64,000 nucleotides of DNA from Octopus sinensis. Its lineage: Eukaryota. Made by a program: the position numbers and the translations under genes. Positions within the stretch are counted from its first letter, which is position 1. Each line of letters begins with the position of its first letter. Below are positions 14,603-28,620 of the stretch, one piece after another. The stretch spans positions 129,146,001 to 129,210,000 of the forward strand of contig NC_043000.1 in NCBI RefSeq assembly GCF_006345805.1, given 5' to 3'. Below the pieces are notes generated by a model. The model was not told the DNA's origin. It saw only the letters and a list, made by a program, of their open reading frames with translations, and searched no databases.

Positions 14603-15491
14603 AGAAAGTGGAAAGGTGGCAGTGCCTAATAGTATTTCTTCTGATTTTTTATGTTCTGAGATCAAATCTTGCCAAGGCCAACTCAGTCTTTCATCCTTCT
14701 AAGGTCAGTTAGTAAGGTACCAGTTAAGTACTGAGGTCAACAGTATTGACTAAATTCCTTTCCCTTACAACTGCTGGCTTTGTGCCTAAATCATAAACCA
14801 TTATTATTATATCAAAGTGGCTTGCTGGCAGAATTGCTAGCAAGCTGGATGAAATGCTTAGCTGTATTTTGTCTATCATGATGTTCTGAGTTCAATTACT
14901 GCTGAAGTAGACTTTGCTTTTCTGAGACAATGAAATCAGCACCAGTTAATCACTGGTATCGATGTAATTAAGTAGCTCCTTCCCAAAAATTTCAGGCCCT
15001 GTGCCTGTAGTAGAAAGGGTTATTATTATTATCATTTTTTTCTTTATTGCCCACAAGGGGATAAACACAAAGGGGAGAAACAAGGTCAGACAAAGGGATT
15101 AAGCCGATTACATTGACTCCGGTGCATAACTGGTACTTATTTAAATGACCCTGAAAGGATGAAAGGCAAAGTTGACTGTGGTAGAATTTGAACTCAGAAC
15201 ATAGCAGCAGATGTAATACTGGCAAGCATTTCATCTGGCGTGCTAACCATTCTACCAGCTCACCGTCCTAAATTATTATCATCATCATCATTATATAAGG
15301 TGGCGAGCTGGCAGAATCGTAAGCATGCTGGACTAAATACCTAGCGGTATTTCGCCTGCTGGTACATTCTGACTTCAAATTCCACTGAGGTCGACCTTGC
15401 CTTTCATCCTCTCAAGTGAAACACTGGGGTCAATATGGTTGATGAGTCCCCTCCCACACAAATTTCAGGCTTTGTGCCTTTAGTGGAAAGG

Positions 15492-15520
<29 letters not shown>
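13290..15520 (+). mobile_element. Cluster of about 8-9 degenerate SINE family B copies plus one minus-strand family A copy (about 13500-13803)
   Basis: Repeated GTTCAAATT...TTTGCCTTTCATCC...GTACTGGGGT bodies separated by (ATT)n tails. Confidence 0.85.
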
Positions 15521-15522
<2 letters not shown>

Positions 15523-16149
15523 TAACAAGAATACAATAGAAATGTTCTCTTTTAGAAGCAAACTTCATATGAGTGCCTTTGTATCTGACAACCTATCAAT
15601 CACTTTTTCTCAACTAAACAAACTGAAGCACAATAGAATGACATATTTTATCTAGGCAATACAATTGTTGAAACCAGATCTGAACAGCCAATAACAACTG
15701 AACAATTCAATATAACTGTGAACAGTTGGATCAATCAAGAATCATTTAAGTATGACAAAAACACCACCAACACACACAGCTGGTGTGCCTAGACAAACTA
15801 ACTTTATATCATCTGTATAAAATTAACGAGTTTATAGAGTTGATGTTAGCAAAGGAAAACATATAAAAATATTTTATAGGTGAAGACATGGCTGTGGCTG
15901 TGTGATTAAGTTGATTTTGCAATCACATGGTTCTTGGTTCAATCCCATTGCATGGTACTATGGGCAGATAGGTAAAAAAAGTGAAATAAACATCAGAGAT
16001 GCTTTGCCTCACATAGAAACTGCAGGAACTACCCAGAGGTTTTGCAAGCTCTTCTAAATATAACACAATGCTGGAAACCCTTCCATATCATCGGCAGGTA
16101 TACTGAGTTGGGTAGCGAGGGCTGAAATAGCCTTTGCCTAAGGATGAGA

Positions 16150-16320
16150 GTTCCACTAGCAGTCTCTTCTCAACCATAGCCACTTTGAGCTAGTTTCAGC
16201 TGTTGTGTCTATCTCTTTGATGGCTTTCTTCAGTTGTTTGGGATCCAGACCTATATTCTGCAGTAAACAGCACTGGAATGCTACAGTACCCAAGGAAGAG
16301 ATTTGGATGGACTATAATCT
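16150..16320 (-). mobile_element. HERO-like (RLE-type) non-LTR retrotransposon C-terminal fossil
   Basis: CLLQNIGLDPKQLKKAIKEIDTTAETSSKWLWLRRD resembles the AE.SS.WLW..R end of HERO-clade ORFs (from recall). Confidence 0.55.
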
Positions 16321-16439
16321 GTCATGGGTGGTAGACTTAATATGTTATGTGGTTTACCATATCAACTCCTGGCCATAGGGTAGCCTCTGCCTGAATCTGA
16401 GCTCCACAACTAATACTCTTCAAAACAAACAGTAAGAGA

Positions 16440-16445
16440 TTTATT
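16440..16445 (-). terminator. Candidate polyadenylation signal AATAAA
   Basis: Followed on the minus strand by a GT-rich element (ctgtttgttttg), downstream of candidate terminal exon H. Confidence 0.35.
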
Positions 16446-16630
16446 GAAAATAACAGAGACATATAAAAACTTAGTTTCTTACTTAAAATTGACAAGACTT
16501 CACTGTAATTCCAGTATTGCCATTTTGTGTAGCAATCATTTTTTGTTTTGCTTTTACAGTGCCTTCTTTGTTTTTTGGGGTTTTTTTCCTTTCAGATTGC
16601 AAAATACAAACATCAAAACTCCCACACTTG

Positions 16631-16749
16631 TCAGCTGATTCTAAATTGTCTGGGATACATTTGAAAGAATTCCCTTTCATCCTCAGCAGAAAATTCTAAT
16701 TCCTGCAGCACTTTTGCAATTGTGAACAGCCTTTCCTTGCAAGATGTGC
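16631..16749 (-). CDS. Candidate terminal coding exon H (GTSCKERLFTIAKVLQELEFSAEDEREFFQMYPRQFRIS*), phase 1 start
   Basis: Acceptor ctccctataattag; phase matches exon G; TGA at 16631-16633; poly(A) signal about 190 nt downstream. An alternative upstream AG would give a different short C-terminus. Confidence 0.45.
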
Positions 16750-17142
16750 CTAATTATAGGGAGCTTGGCTTTTTGGTCAAAGAATAAAAATATCAGAGAA
16801 AAAATTCTCAAGAACACCTTATTTTTGAGCAGGCATTTGTAAACGAGCTAATATTTCAATGACAAATCTTTATTCTAATGATCTGAATTACTTTTAGCTT
16901 GACCTGGTTTTAACAGAGTTAATACAATCATCTAGTCTTTGGCTGTCTTTAGCAATGCCCACTTTGTTGCAAACATTAGGGCTAAGTGTCCAATATGAGG
17001 ACAACTTTCTTCCTTCTGTTCACCAATCTCAGAGGACCTCCAAAATGGGTCATGGTTGCTGTCCTTCTTATTTCTTATTTGACTAAAAAAAGTTAACTTG
17101 ATTTGGGGGGGGGGGGGGCAATCCATCAAACAACTTTATTAA

Positions 17143-17363
17143 CCCTTTCGTTACCAACCTGGCTGAAACCGGCTCTGGCTCTGTATTACAAATGTCTTGT
17201 TTTCATAAGTTTTGAATTAAAATCTCCCACCAAACCTTAGTCACAATTTATGTTCCTAACACTAGCTGAATGACAACTAAGTTATTTTACTAAATTATTT
17301 GTTATATTCTAAGCAATTGAAAGAAATACAGAGCATCTCAAAATAAATACAGTAACAAAAGGG
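17143..17363. mobile_element. piggyBac-type MITE
   Basis: TTAA on both sides (17139-17142, 17364-17367); TIR CCCTTTCGTTAC / GTAACAAAAGGG. Confidence 0.85.
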
Positions 17364-18423
17364 TTAAACAATTTGGTTCAGTGAAACCTATCTGATAATT
17401 CTGCTAAATAAATCCATCAGAGAAATCCAAATTGACATGAAAAATGTGACAAACAACATGAATAATTGTATGTTATGTTAGTGAATGTTTGATGCACATG
17501 AAATGTGCAATTAGATTCATACATATCTGTACATGTACAAGAACGTGTGTGTGTATGTGTAATTGGGAGGGGGATAAATTTGCCTAAGTCTTTGTAGGTA
17601 AGTGTAAGCATTTAGATGAATAAAACAGATGAATATATAAAAAAGGAAACTAAAATAAATTGGCTACACTCCATTAAACTAAAAGGTGTTTTAGTGTGAT
17701 TAAGTGCATATGTGTGTGTGAGCATGTACTGTGTTCTGAACGAACTTCAATTGTAACCTACTTTTGACACCTATGGAGAGCCATTTCATTTACATAGTCA
17801 TCCTTGAGCACAGCATAACCATTGCTGCCTCTCATTGACCCAGTTTTCACAGATGGCTTCATGCTCTGATGGCTTCATGCCGCTCTGTTGATAGGAAATT
17901 ACCACCAGTACTACTGCCACCACCACCACCACTGTCTCTCTACCATAAAAGAGCAGCTTCTTACCTCCAAACCACAACAATCAATGAACAGGATTCAACA
18001 AGGAAATCTCTATGTTGTAGCTTTACCTGATAAGAATTAACAGCTAAATCTGCCTCACACTCTGCCTTGAAAGAAGGACACCTTACACAATGTAGTGGCC
18101 TCTGATATATAAAAAAAATGGCATGATCATGATTTGAATGCTTTGGGTCATAAGACTACAGGACCAGGGCTGACCTGTAGCTAAGCAACAAAGAAACCCT
18201 GGCATGGTTGTTCAATTTGTTGCAAATGACAGTCAAATTTTCCATAACTGACACACATTGGATAATGCAGTAATCACTAATATATGAAAAAACAAAACAA
18301 AATAAAACAGTCATGCTTTTAAGTTTGCTCAATTCTGGGCTGAGCCCCAGGGGTTCAATAACAGCAACCAATGAAGCAATGTCATAAATCTAGACACGGC
18401 TAAAGATTTAATCCTTTTAGGGT

Positions 18424-18815
18424 CATCATCATCATCGTTTAACGTCCGCTTTCCATGCTAACATAGGTTGGACGATTTGACTGAGGACTGGCGAACCAGA
18501 TGGCTGCACCAGGCTCCAATCTTGTTCTGGCAGAGTTTCTACAGCTGGATGCCCTTCCTAATGCCAACCACTCAGAGTGTAGTGGGTGCTCTTACATGCC
18601 ACCGGCGCGAGGGCCAGTCAGGCGGTGCTGGCAACGGCCACACTCAAATGGTGCTTTTTATGTGCCACCTGCACAGGAGCCAGTCCAGCGGCACTGGCAA
18701 CAACCTCGCTCAAATGATTTTTCACGTGCCACCAGCACAAGTGCTAGTAAGGCAATACAAGTAACGATCACGCTCGAATGGTGTTTTTAATGTGCCATCG
18801 GCACAGAGGCCAGCA
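18424..18815 (-). mobile_element. SINE family C with internal GGTGCTTTTTACGTGCCACC-type subrepeats
   Basis: Family motifs; explains ORFs 18468-18764 and 18500-18790. Confidence 0.85.
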
Positions 18816-20088
18816 AGGATACATACAGCCTCTGTTCCTTTAATCTTCAAAATATATCAAGAAGTTGAACTGCAACTAACTTTTGACTGAATAAAACATT
18901 AAGTATTTAATACAATAATTAAGACTGTGCAACATTTCAATTTAAATTTGAACACTTTAAAAGAGAGAGTTCTGACCTGCTTGGTGTAGAAAGGGTTAAA
19001 TTATAAAGGTTCTTAACTTGGATGGTAGTACCCACTTTGAGGAGCAATGAGAGATCAGGAAGAAGAAGTAAATGTCAACGAGGGCACTACAGAAAGCAGA
19101 GAGTTTAGAAGGGTCATGATTTTCATGAAATTACTTAGAAATACATTATATTTAAACTAGGTACAATACTTAGCATTTTTAACACATCTTTCAAAAAATA
19201 TTCGCTGAAATTAAAATACAAATAGGATAGTGTTATGAGTGAGCAGAAACATTACTGATAAGCACCAAGCTCCAATATCATTTTATTATATAAACCCTGT
19301 CCTTGCCCTTTTCTGTAATTTCCATAAAAATTTGACATAGCAGGCACTAGTCCTCACAAATATTTAAGAAGCAGGACAATAAACCACTGCACAAAATTAG
19401 CTTGTTTGATTAAAGTAATCAGCTGGTTTAGGGGTTTTTTTTGTTGTTTTTTTTTTGCAAAATATGAAAAGGAAGCATTCGTGAAGTGCAGTTCAGTGAA
19501 AGGGGTCACTGAGCTACAAAAGGCAGAGAACCACTGGATTATATCTAAATAATAACATCTACAACAATCAGTGAACAGTGAACAAGATAAACAAATCTAG
19601 TGAATCCTAGAGAAAAACTCAAATTCGTGAATATAAATTAAAAGTGGAAATTTAAAAAAAAAAAAAGATGAATAACTGTACCACAAAGATGATAGACATC
19701 TTCCAGGATGTTAACCAGTGGACAAAACCACTGCACAAGTTACTGGAATTCAAAGAGCAAGAAGAAAGATTAAAACATAATAACAAAGGCATGTTTAAAT
19801 AATTATGACACTTTACATTTGCAAATTGAACTGTAACGATTAGGATTAATTCAACAAGTGATCTTGTCTGTAATGTTATTTGATGATTTCAGTTATTGAC
19901 TGTGGCCATACTGGGGCACCACATTCAATGGATTTTAGTTTCTCATGTCAATTCCAGTACTTATTTTCAGTCTTGAACTTATTTTATTCATCTTAATGTA
20001 TCAAATGGCTAACTTTTTTCTGATCTAAAGGGATGCAACTTGACAGAAATGCAGATACCCAAATTAAATAAATAAATATATATATATA

Positions 20089-20875
20089 CTAGCAGTATCG
20101 CCCGGCATTGCTCGGGTTTGTAAGGGAAATAACTATATAAGCATTTTTAGAGAGTTACTTCCCTTATATATTGGCAAAAAAACGCATTAAAAATGGAAAA
20201 AAATGATGGTAAATTTTTTTTTAAATCGTAGACTCATCGTAGACATTTTTAGAGAGTTACTTCCCTTATATAATAGCAAAAAAAAATGCATTAAAAATGG
20301 AAAAAATGATGGTAAATTTTTTTTTAAATCGTAGACTCATGCTAATACCTAGAAGGGCTTGATATGAATCACGACTATAAGATAACCACTTTTGGTTAAA
20401 CTGCACCGCAAAATGTAGGAGTAGTTAGGAATCTAAATCGTAGGAGACAGAAACCACACAACTTTTCTTTTATATATATACTAGCAGTATCGCCCGGCGT
20501 TGCTCGGGTTTGTAAGGGAAATAACTATATGAGCATTTTTAGAGAGTTATAGCAAAAAAATAGCAAAAAATGCATTAAAAATGGGAAAAAAGGATGGTAA
20601 ATTTTTTTTTAAATCGTTGACTCATCGTAGACATTTTTAGAGAGTTACTTCCCTTATATAATAGCGAAAAATGCATTAAAATGGAAAAAAATGATGATAA
20701 ATTATTTTTCAAATCGTAGACTCATCGTAGATGCGCGCTAATACCCAGAAGGGCTCGATATGAATCACGACTATAAGATACCCGCTTTTGGTTAAAGTGT
20801 ACCGCAAAATGTGGGAGTAGTTAGGAATCTAAATCGTAGGAGACAGACACACAACTTCACTTTTATATATAAAGA
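20089..20875 (-). mobile_element. Two tandem non-autonomous Helitrons (20089-20480 and 20481-20875)
   Basis: CTAG plus hairpin at 20089 and 20481; TC start at 20875 preceded by A; internal subrepeats of about 85 bp. Confidence 0.9.
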
Positions 20876-22209
20876 TAAAGATATATATATATATATATAT
20901 ATACACACGCACACACACACATAGTGTGTGTATTATTGCTGCATCTTGGGACAGTCATATTACCAATAAAAATATATACACTGGTTCTAAATTGCTTCTT
21001 TTTGTTATTATTACTCAACCAATTAAGGTGACAAACTGGCAGAATCATTAGCACATCAGGCAAAATGTTTAGTCGCATTTCATGTCTTCATGGTCTGAGT
21101 TCAAATTCTGCTAAAATCAACTTTGCCTTTCATCCTTTCAGGGTCAATAAACTTAAGTAACAGTTGAGTACTGGGGTTGGTGTAATCAACTTACCTCCCC
21201 ACCCTCTGAAATTGCTGGCCTTGTACCAAAATTTGAAACCATTATTACTCAACTAATTAACTAACCAATTAACTGCAACAGATTTGACCATTTGATCAAA
21301 CAACTAGTTGGTTTGTCAGTTTTTTCTCACTGCCATGCATAACTCAGCACTCCCTTATCTGCTCTGATTTGTCATGATGTATGTATTTATGGATATGATG
21401 GGTTTGTATACAATTTTTGCTCACTCACATGACACTGGTCAATCCATGGCTATTATAGAAGACACATAGTGGATTTGAACCTGGAACTATTTGGTAGTGA
21501 AACAAACTTCTAAATCCCATGACTCTAACATGGGTTTGGTGAATACATACTGTTGAAGCACTCTTTTACAGCTGGATGCCCATCCTGCCTCTTTGAAAGC
21601 ACAGAGTCACTAGACAAATTGTAGGCAGGAAAACTACAAACATCACAGTCCAGCATTCAGCAACTTTCCTGAGATCAAAGAATGTAAACATTTACATGCA
21701 CGCAATGAAATGGTTGAATTAGGAAGGATATCCAGCCATAGGTGCCATATCAAAGCAAACATTGGAACTCGGCATAGTCTTCAGGTTTGTCAGTTCTTGT
21801 TAAAGTGTGCACCCCATGGAAAACAGACATTAAACGAAGATACACACACACACAATGAACTTTGTACAGTCTTTGTCAACCACATTCACTCACAACGCAA
21901 GGGTCATTGTGGTGAGAAAAACTGGTTAGATTTTATTTAACAAAAATAAGCTAAAATTTCTAAAATCTAACAGTGTAATTTGATCAAAATCTGTAATTTC
22001 AATATGTCTTGGGAGAAGATTAGAAACTGATCAAAACATTTGTAATTTCAAATTCAGACAATAATAGTCAAATCTAAAAAAAATCTTGCATCAATAAAAT
22101 TAGAAATCCTGAATAATTTTAACACATTCTAAACTTCTCCAAAATTAACATTCTGATGAGACTACAATAAAGAATATCAGAAATCCAAAAGGTAATTATA
22201 TTTATGATA

Positions 22210-22790
22210 AAATTTAAACTTAGAACTAATATTTAACCTAACAACTATGATCTATAATAGAATTTAAGCTCAGAATTGGTAGTTAACTTAACAAACCAAT
22301 TAACTATGATAATATTTACATTCTGAACTGCCAGTTACCCTAACAAAGTTATACACATAATAGAATTTATCATCAGTACTACTTCAAACTAAGAACTATT
22401 AGTTAACCTAACAAAGCTGTTATCTATTAAATTTTTCAATCTAAGAACTGCTGGTTAATCTAAGTTATATTCATTATATACCTTAAGCTAAAAGCAGTTA
22501 ACCAAACAAGCTTATATCAATGAATTACTATTTCATGTTTGAATCAAATCATTCCATTATATCTAATTATCCAAGCAATAGTGTGAGATTGTAAATTGTT
22601 TTTTTTTTAAGATTGAAAATAGTGTTAGTACAATTCTGAGAAAAATTCTGACAAAAAATCACAGCAGAATGCTGGTGCTGAGCTCACATATCCATGATAA
22701 AATGTAAGCTAAGACCTACTGTTTAATTGTAAAGAACTATCTACAATGGAAACTAAGCTAAGAACTGCAAGTTAACATAAAGCTATATCC
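22210..22790. repeat. Degenerate minisatellite, unit of about 50 bp
   Basis: Recurring AAGCTAAGAACT(G/A)..AGTTAACCTAACAAAG..TAT-like units at 22210-22520 and 22705-22790. Confidence 0.65.
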
Positions 22791-22883
22791 AGACAGAAGC
22801 CTGAAGACACATCTCTTTAAAATTTTGAGTTCAAATCCTACTGAAGTTGACTTTTGCCTTTCATCCTGGAAGGATTAATAAAA

Positions 22884-23145
22884 TCATCATCATCATTGTT
22901 TAACATCCGTTTTCCATGCTAGCATGGGTTGGACGGTTCAGCTGGAGTCTGGGAAGCCAGGAGGCTGCACTAGGCTCCAGTCTGATCTGGCAGTGTTTCT
23001 ACAACTGGATGCCCTTCCTAATGCCAACCACTTCGTGAGTGTAGTGGGTGCTTTTTACGTGCCACCAGCACAGAAGCCAGTCAAGGCGGCGCTGGCATCG
23101 GCCACGTTTGGATGGTGCTTTTTACGTGCCACCGGCACAAGTACA
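22884..23145 (-). mobile_element. SINE family C
   Basis: Family motifs; explains ORF 22924-23157. Confidence 0.85.
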
Positions 23146-24021
23146 GGATTGTTTTAATTGAGTGTACTGCCCCATCAACACAACCACTAAATTCGTGACA
23201 GCTTACCAAAGTTAGGAATCCTTATCATCATGTCTTTTCTTAACTTTCTTTCTTACAAGTATTCTTCCATTGTTAACATATGAAGACCAAGGAAATATAT
23301 AAAGAAGAAATATGGTTGGATCTCAGGACGGGTCTCATACAGAAGACAACAAAGGGATTATGATGAGCAGTAACATAATGTACAATAAACTTGTTCAACA
23401 TATGTCAGCACTGAGTAATTAACAATAAAGCATTGATTATTATTATTATTATTATAAGGATGAACTGAATCATTAGAGCTTTGGAAAAAAATGTGACAAA
23501 GTAATTTTTTCAACTCTTTAGGTTTTGTGTTCAAATCTCAAAGTCAGCTTTGTTTTTCATTCCCCCAAGGTAAATAAAATAAAGTATGGGTCAAATACAG
23601 GAATAAATATAATTAACTATGAATAAAAGACAGGGTGATCATGGCGACAATACCTTGCATTGAAGGTGGGTCCAATGAAGGCTGACCTAGAGGCAAGCAG
23701 CAACAACAGAGGGAGGAATGAAAAATAAAGTAGAAAAGCACAATGGATGGGTCAACTCGTTTGATACCAAACCACCCCAAACTGCCCCTAGCACAAATTC
23801 CCCATTTTAAAGTGGACTAAATTGAAATCTTCCATCAAAATACCATCTAATTATATTCTAAACACCAGTTAAACAATGAATATTAATTGAAACAAAAAAA
23901 AAAACAATATTTCAACAGAAATATGGAAACAAAAGGTCAAAGAGCAAGAATGACTCGATTGGGAAGGTATTGGTGTGGAAGTGGTATAATGTTTGAGACT
24001 GTGACAGATTAGTTGTGGATA

Positions 24022-24249
24022 GTGAGCTAGTAGAAACGTTAACACGCCAGGCGAAATGTTTAGCGGTATTTCGTCTGCCATTACGTTCCGAGTTCAAATT
24101 CTACCGAGGTCGACTTTGCCTTTCATCCTTTCGGGGTCGATAAATTAAGTACCAGTTATGCACTGGGGTCGATGTAATCGACTTAATCCCTTTGTCTGTC
24201 CTTGTTTGTCCCCTCTATGTTTAGCCCCTTGTGGGCAATAAAGAAATAA
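24022..24249 (+). mobile_element. 5'-truncated SINE family B with a perfect 15-bp TSD
   Basis: GATTAGTTGTGGATA at 24007-24021 and 24250-24264. Confidence 0.93.
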
Positions 24250-26037
24250 GATTAGTTGTGGATATTGGAACAGAATCCTGCCAATGAAAGATGTCTCTCT
24301 AGAACAATCTTGTAACACTTGTATTATAGATGAAAGGTGAGAGATATGCACATCTCATGTTTGCAGCTGCTTATGGAATCTATATTAAGTCATTACTTAG
24401 CTTTAGGGAAGTCTTAGCTAAGCAGGATTCTGATTAAAGACGTTCCAGCCATGACTTCTCTGTCTTTCTAATATCATTATCATTATCTAACATTTGTATT
24501 CCATACTGGCATGGGTTGGATGGTTCAATAGGATCCAACAAGCCAGAGGACTGTGCTGTGTTCCAATATCAGCTTTGACATAGTTTCTATAGTTGGATCT
24601 CCTCCCTAACACCAACCACTTTACAGAAAGTACTGGGTTCTTTATTTGAAGCACCAGCTTTGGTGAGGTCACTACACAGACACAACACATCACGTATTCT
24701 CCACTATTATATTTTTTTTTTTCTTTCAATCAAAATGTGCAGTGACATTTGACAACTATTTCAGATATGTGATGCCCAAATATGGTATAAATGAAACAAA
24801 GCAATAATAAATCAATCAGTCTATATCAACAAATTCAAATACTGAAATTTCTTCAATATTTCAGTTATGCCAGACATCCATGCGATCATTTGTGGCAGAG
24901 TCCTTTCATATTACTTATTCTATGATTTAACCAGAGGAGGAGAGAGAGGGGGAGAGGCGGGGAAGAGAGGGAGAACTAATGACCTGAAGTGTCTCAGGCT
25001 GATGAGAAAATCAGGAATAAACCACAATTCCTGGAATATTCTCAAACCAGAGACCTAATCTAAATGCTTACAACCAAGTGGATACAATTAAGGATACCCA
25101 GTGGTTAGAAGGTGATGCTAAACAGATTAAATCTACCACTGAGAGGGCTTCTGAAGAATTTCTGTCAACAAAATTTCACTAATAAAGCTCGAGTCAACTT
25201 GAATATATGATAGAAAACTTTTACCCAAGGTGTTTTGTATGTGCGTGGTGTGTTTTGTGTGCATGTGACAGGTTTGTGCACGTGTTTTGGGTTTGTGCGC
25301 GTGTGGTGGGTTTCTGTGTATGTGATGGGTTTGTGTGCATGTAGTGTGTTTGTGTACACACATATATGCGCATGTTTATGTCTATACCAGTTTAAAAACC
25401 AATGCTATTAACATTTTGACAAATAGATAGAGTTAAGTCAACTACCAGTTTGAAATACCAGCTGGGGCTGATACGACCAACTAAACCCTTCACAAAGCTG
25501 CCTCAATACAGCTGCATGCCAACAACACAAATCAGTAAAACAATAAAAGATTAAATGAAGGAAGGGCAACATGCATGAGTTTTTAAGGGCCTCCCAGACA
25601 GGAAAGAGTCATGTGGATGATGGTCAGATTAAACATCTAAAAGGTTGGTGTGACAAAAATTTGGGTAAGAAGGGATTCTAGAGAACCACTGTCCTGGAGA
25701 TAATGGATTGAGTGAAATGCTTAGATATCGAACAGGCTACATGAGAGTTCAAGCCTGGTACTCACTTAGGTCCTATGTCTCCTTATGTATGAAGATATGA
25801 GACGTTTTTTTTTTTTCATGAAATATATTTTTCAGCCTGTCTCTGATATGAGGCAGTAAAGGACTTCAACAAATGCCAAGCACGAAAATTTCAAGTAACT
25901 TCACTCAGTGTCTTTACTTGTATTGCTTTCTACATACAAGAGGAGTAACTACTTGTTAGACAAGCATGGCCATTGCTGACAATGGTTGTGCAAGTGCTTT
26001 AAGCTGAGTGTGGTTTGCACAAAACCACAACTCTCAC

Positions 26038-26248
26038 CAGTAATACCAAGAAGCCCAGAATCAAGCAAAGTGTGAGATATCTGGTCCAGTAGAGCAGTGG
26101 GTTTTATATGAGTTAACTTTCTCTTAGAAGGATGCCTTAACAAAGACCAGGGATCCTTCACTCCCAGTGAGCTTACTGCATCCTTAAACACCAACCCAAG
26201 TATTTCTATGCTAGTTAACCTGTACATATATATCAATGCCTGTGATGC
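26038..26248 (-). CDS. Candidate coding exon G (ASQALIYMYRLTSIEILGLVFKDAV...LLDQISHTLLDSGLLGIT), phase 0 to 1
   Basis: Overlaps the 95-aa non-repetitive ORF 25949-26236; acceptor cacctattctag, donor CTG|gtgaga; locally GC-richer. Confidence 0.55.
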
Positions 26249-26437
26249 CTAGAATAGGTGTGGGCATAGCTATGTGTTTAAGAAGCTTGCTTACTGGTCA
26301 TGTGGTCTCAGGTTCAATCCCACTGTATGCCACCTTAGGCAAGTGTCTTCTACTATAAAAAGCTTCATGAGTGTGTGTGTGACAATAATGTATATGTGTG
26401 TGAGACAATTATGTATGTGTGTGTGTGTGTGTAAGAC

Positions 26438-26477
<40 letters not shown>

Positions 26478-27224
26478 GGTGTGTGGGTGACATTTATATG
26501 CATATATAAACATGTGCACACATGCAAACTCACACGAGCATACATACGTGTATGCATGTACAAACACACATATATACACACGTACAGACATATCAACCAG
26601 TCACCAGCCAACCAGCCATCATTGTTATAAGTACTTGTGTAGTTGCAAGCAGACATAGATACTAAATTGACTATTTGACACCTTGGCACACCTGAACACT
26701 CAGCAGCAGAGAGGAAAAGCTGCATCAGCATCCAGCTAGTTTTCATTATGGCTGAGTAGACTTAAACTACATGAAATGAAGTGTCTTGCTCAAGGACACA
26801 ATTTGCGATACTTTTCAGGAATTTAGCCCATGTCATTATGATCACAAGTCAAACACCATAACAACAATTCTATGTACCTTCATACACACATATAAATTTA
26901 TATGAAAACAACCAGACACAACTGAGAATTACTTGTAAATTAATAATTGAAATTTCAAATATAATTAATATGAAATGTTGACAAATAAAAGCAAACAACA
27001 ATTTGTAAACAGATAATAAGAGAAAAATTGTGAGGCCAGTGACACGAATGAAACTTGTTTCTAGAGAAATATATTTCAATTTACATAGGTGAATCCATTT
27101 CACTGGTTTCGTTTTGTTATTTTGTTCTTAAATTGGTCATTTATAAATGTGTAACAAATATATCGCTTGATTCATACATACATACATACATACATACATA
27201 CATGCATACACACACATATATATA

Positions 27225-27276
<52 letters not shown>

Positions 27277-27992
27277 TACACACACATATATATACACACA
27301 TACAGTGCATGTAAATACCTAAACAATAAAGTTACATATACAAATATACATTATACATGTAGCTCTCTCTCTCTCTCTCTCTGTATATATATATATATAT
27401 ATATATATAAACATATATCCAGGTACAAATACACACTTACCACATATACAAATACACACACATGTAAAGATGTATATATATATATATATACACAAAAATG
27501 CATTATATAAAATTGTAGGTATTTATAAACATCTGCAGGCACACACACACACACACACACACAAAAAGCTAGGGAAATAATAAAATTAATTGAAAAGATC
27601 TAATTTAACGACCTGCAGTTATACACCGGCAATTCCAGTGGAGAACATGGTAATGGAGAATCAAATTTCTTCATGGGGTCTGACTTGCACTGACTTGGAA
27701 TGGCAGGCTGCTGGCTGGCACTAAACTTAAATTCACAAAAACTGAAACGACACAAGTCTGCTGGAGATCCAGGAGACACAAGTTGCCAACTACTTTAGTA
27801 CAACAGTTAAGTGGTTTACTAATGCATGTGTGTGTTGCAAGGAAGGAGCAGAGGAGAGACGAAAGAGGAGAGAGAGAGAGAGAGAGAGAGCGAAAATATA
27901 TTGGAAATATTGGAAAGAGAAAGGAAATAAGTGGAGATGATAAAGGAGAGAAGAGAAAGAGAAGGAACAGTAAAAGAATCAAGATTGTAATG

Positions 27993-28153
27993 AATATACA
28001 TATATATACATATATATACATACATATATACATATACATACATACATATATATACATATACATACATATATACATATACATACATACATACATATACATA
28101 TACATACATATATATACATACATACATACATACATATACATACATACATATAC

Positions 28154-28220
<67 letters not shown>

Positions 28221-28480
28221 CATATACATACATACATATATATACATACATATACATACATACATATACATACATACATATACATACATACATATACATA
28301 CATACATATACATACATACATACATATACATACATACATACACATACATACATACACATACATACATACACATACATACATACATATATAATATATATAT
28401 ACATACATACATACATATACATACATACATACACATACATACATACATATATATATATATACATACATACATACATATAC

Positions 28481-28535
<55 letters not shown>

Positions 28536-28620
28536 CATACATACATATACATACATACATATACATACATACATATATATACATATATATATATACACAT
28601 ACATATATATATACACAAAT
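27993..28620. repeat. Compound (TACA)n/(TA)n microsatellite of about 630 bp
   Basis: Direct inspection; source of the 202-315 aa MYVC/IHTY pseudo-ORFs. Confidence 0.97.

Noticed and set aside
16420-16630. SECIS element in the presumed 3' UTR
   Set aside because: ATGA and GTGA candidates have stems that are too short and lack the opposing GA of the quartet.
16932-17129. Extra minus-strand exon candidates (QIRNKKDSNHDPFW...; also near 17800, 19700 and 55300)
   Set aside because: Phases could not be joined to the chain without assuming unseen exons.
18600-18815. CRISPR-like spaced repeats (GGTGCTTTTTACGTGCCACC units)
   Set aside because: Internal subrepeats of SINE family C with irregular, related spacers; eukaryotic context and no cas genes.
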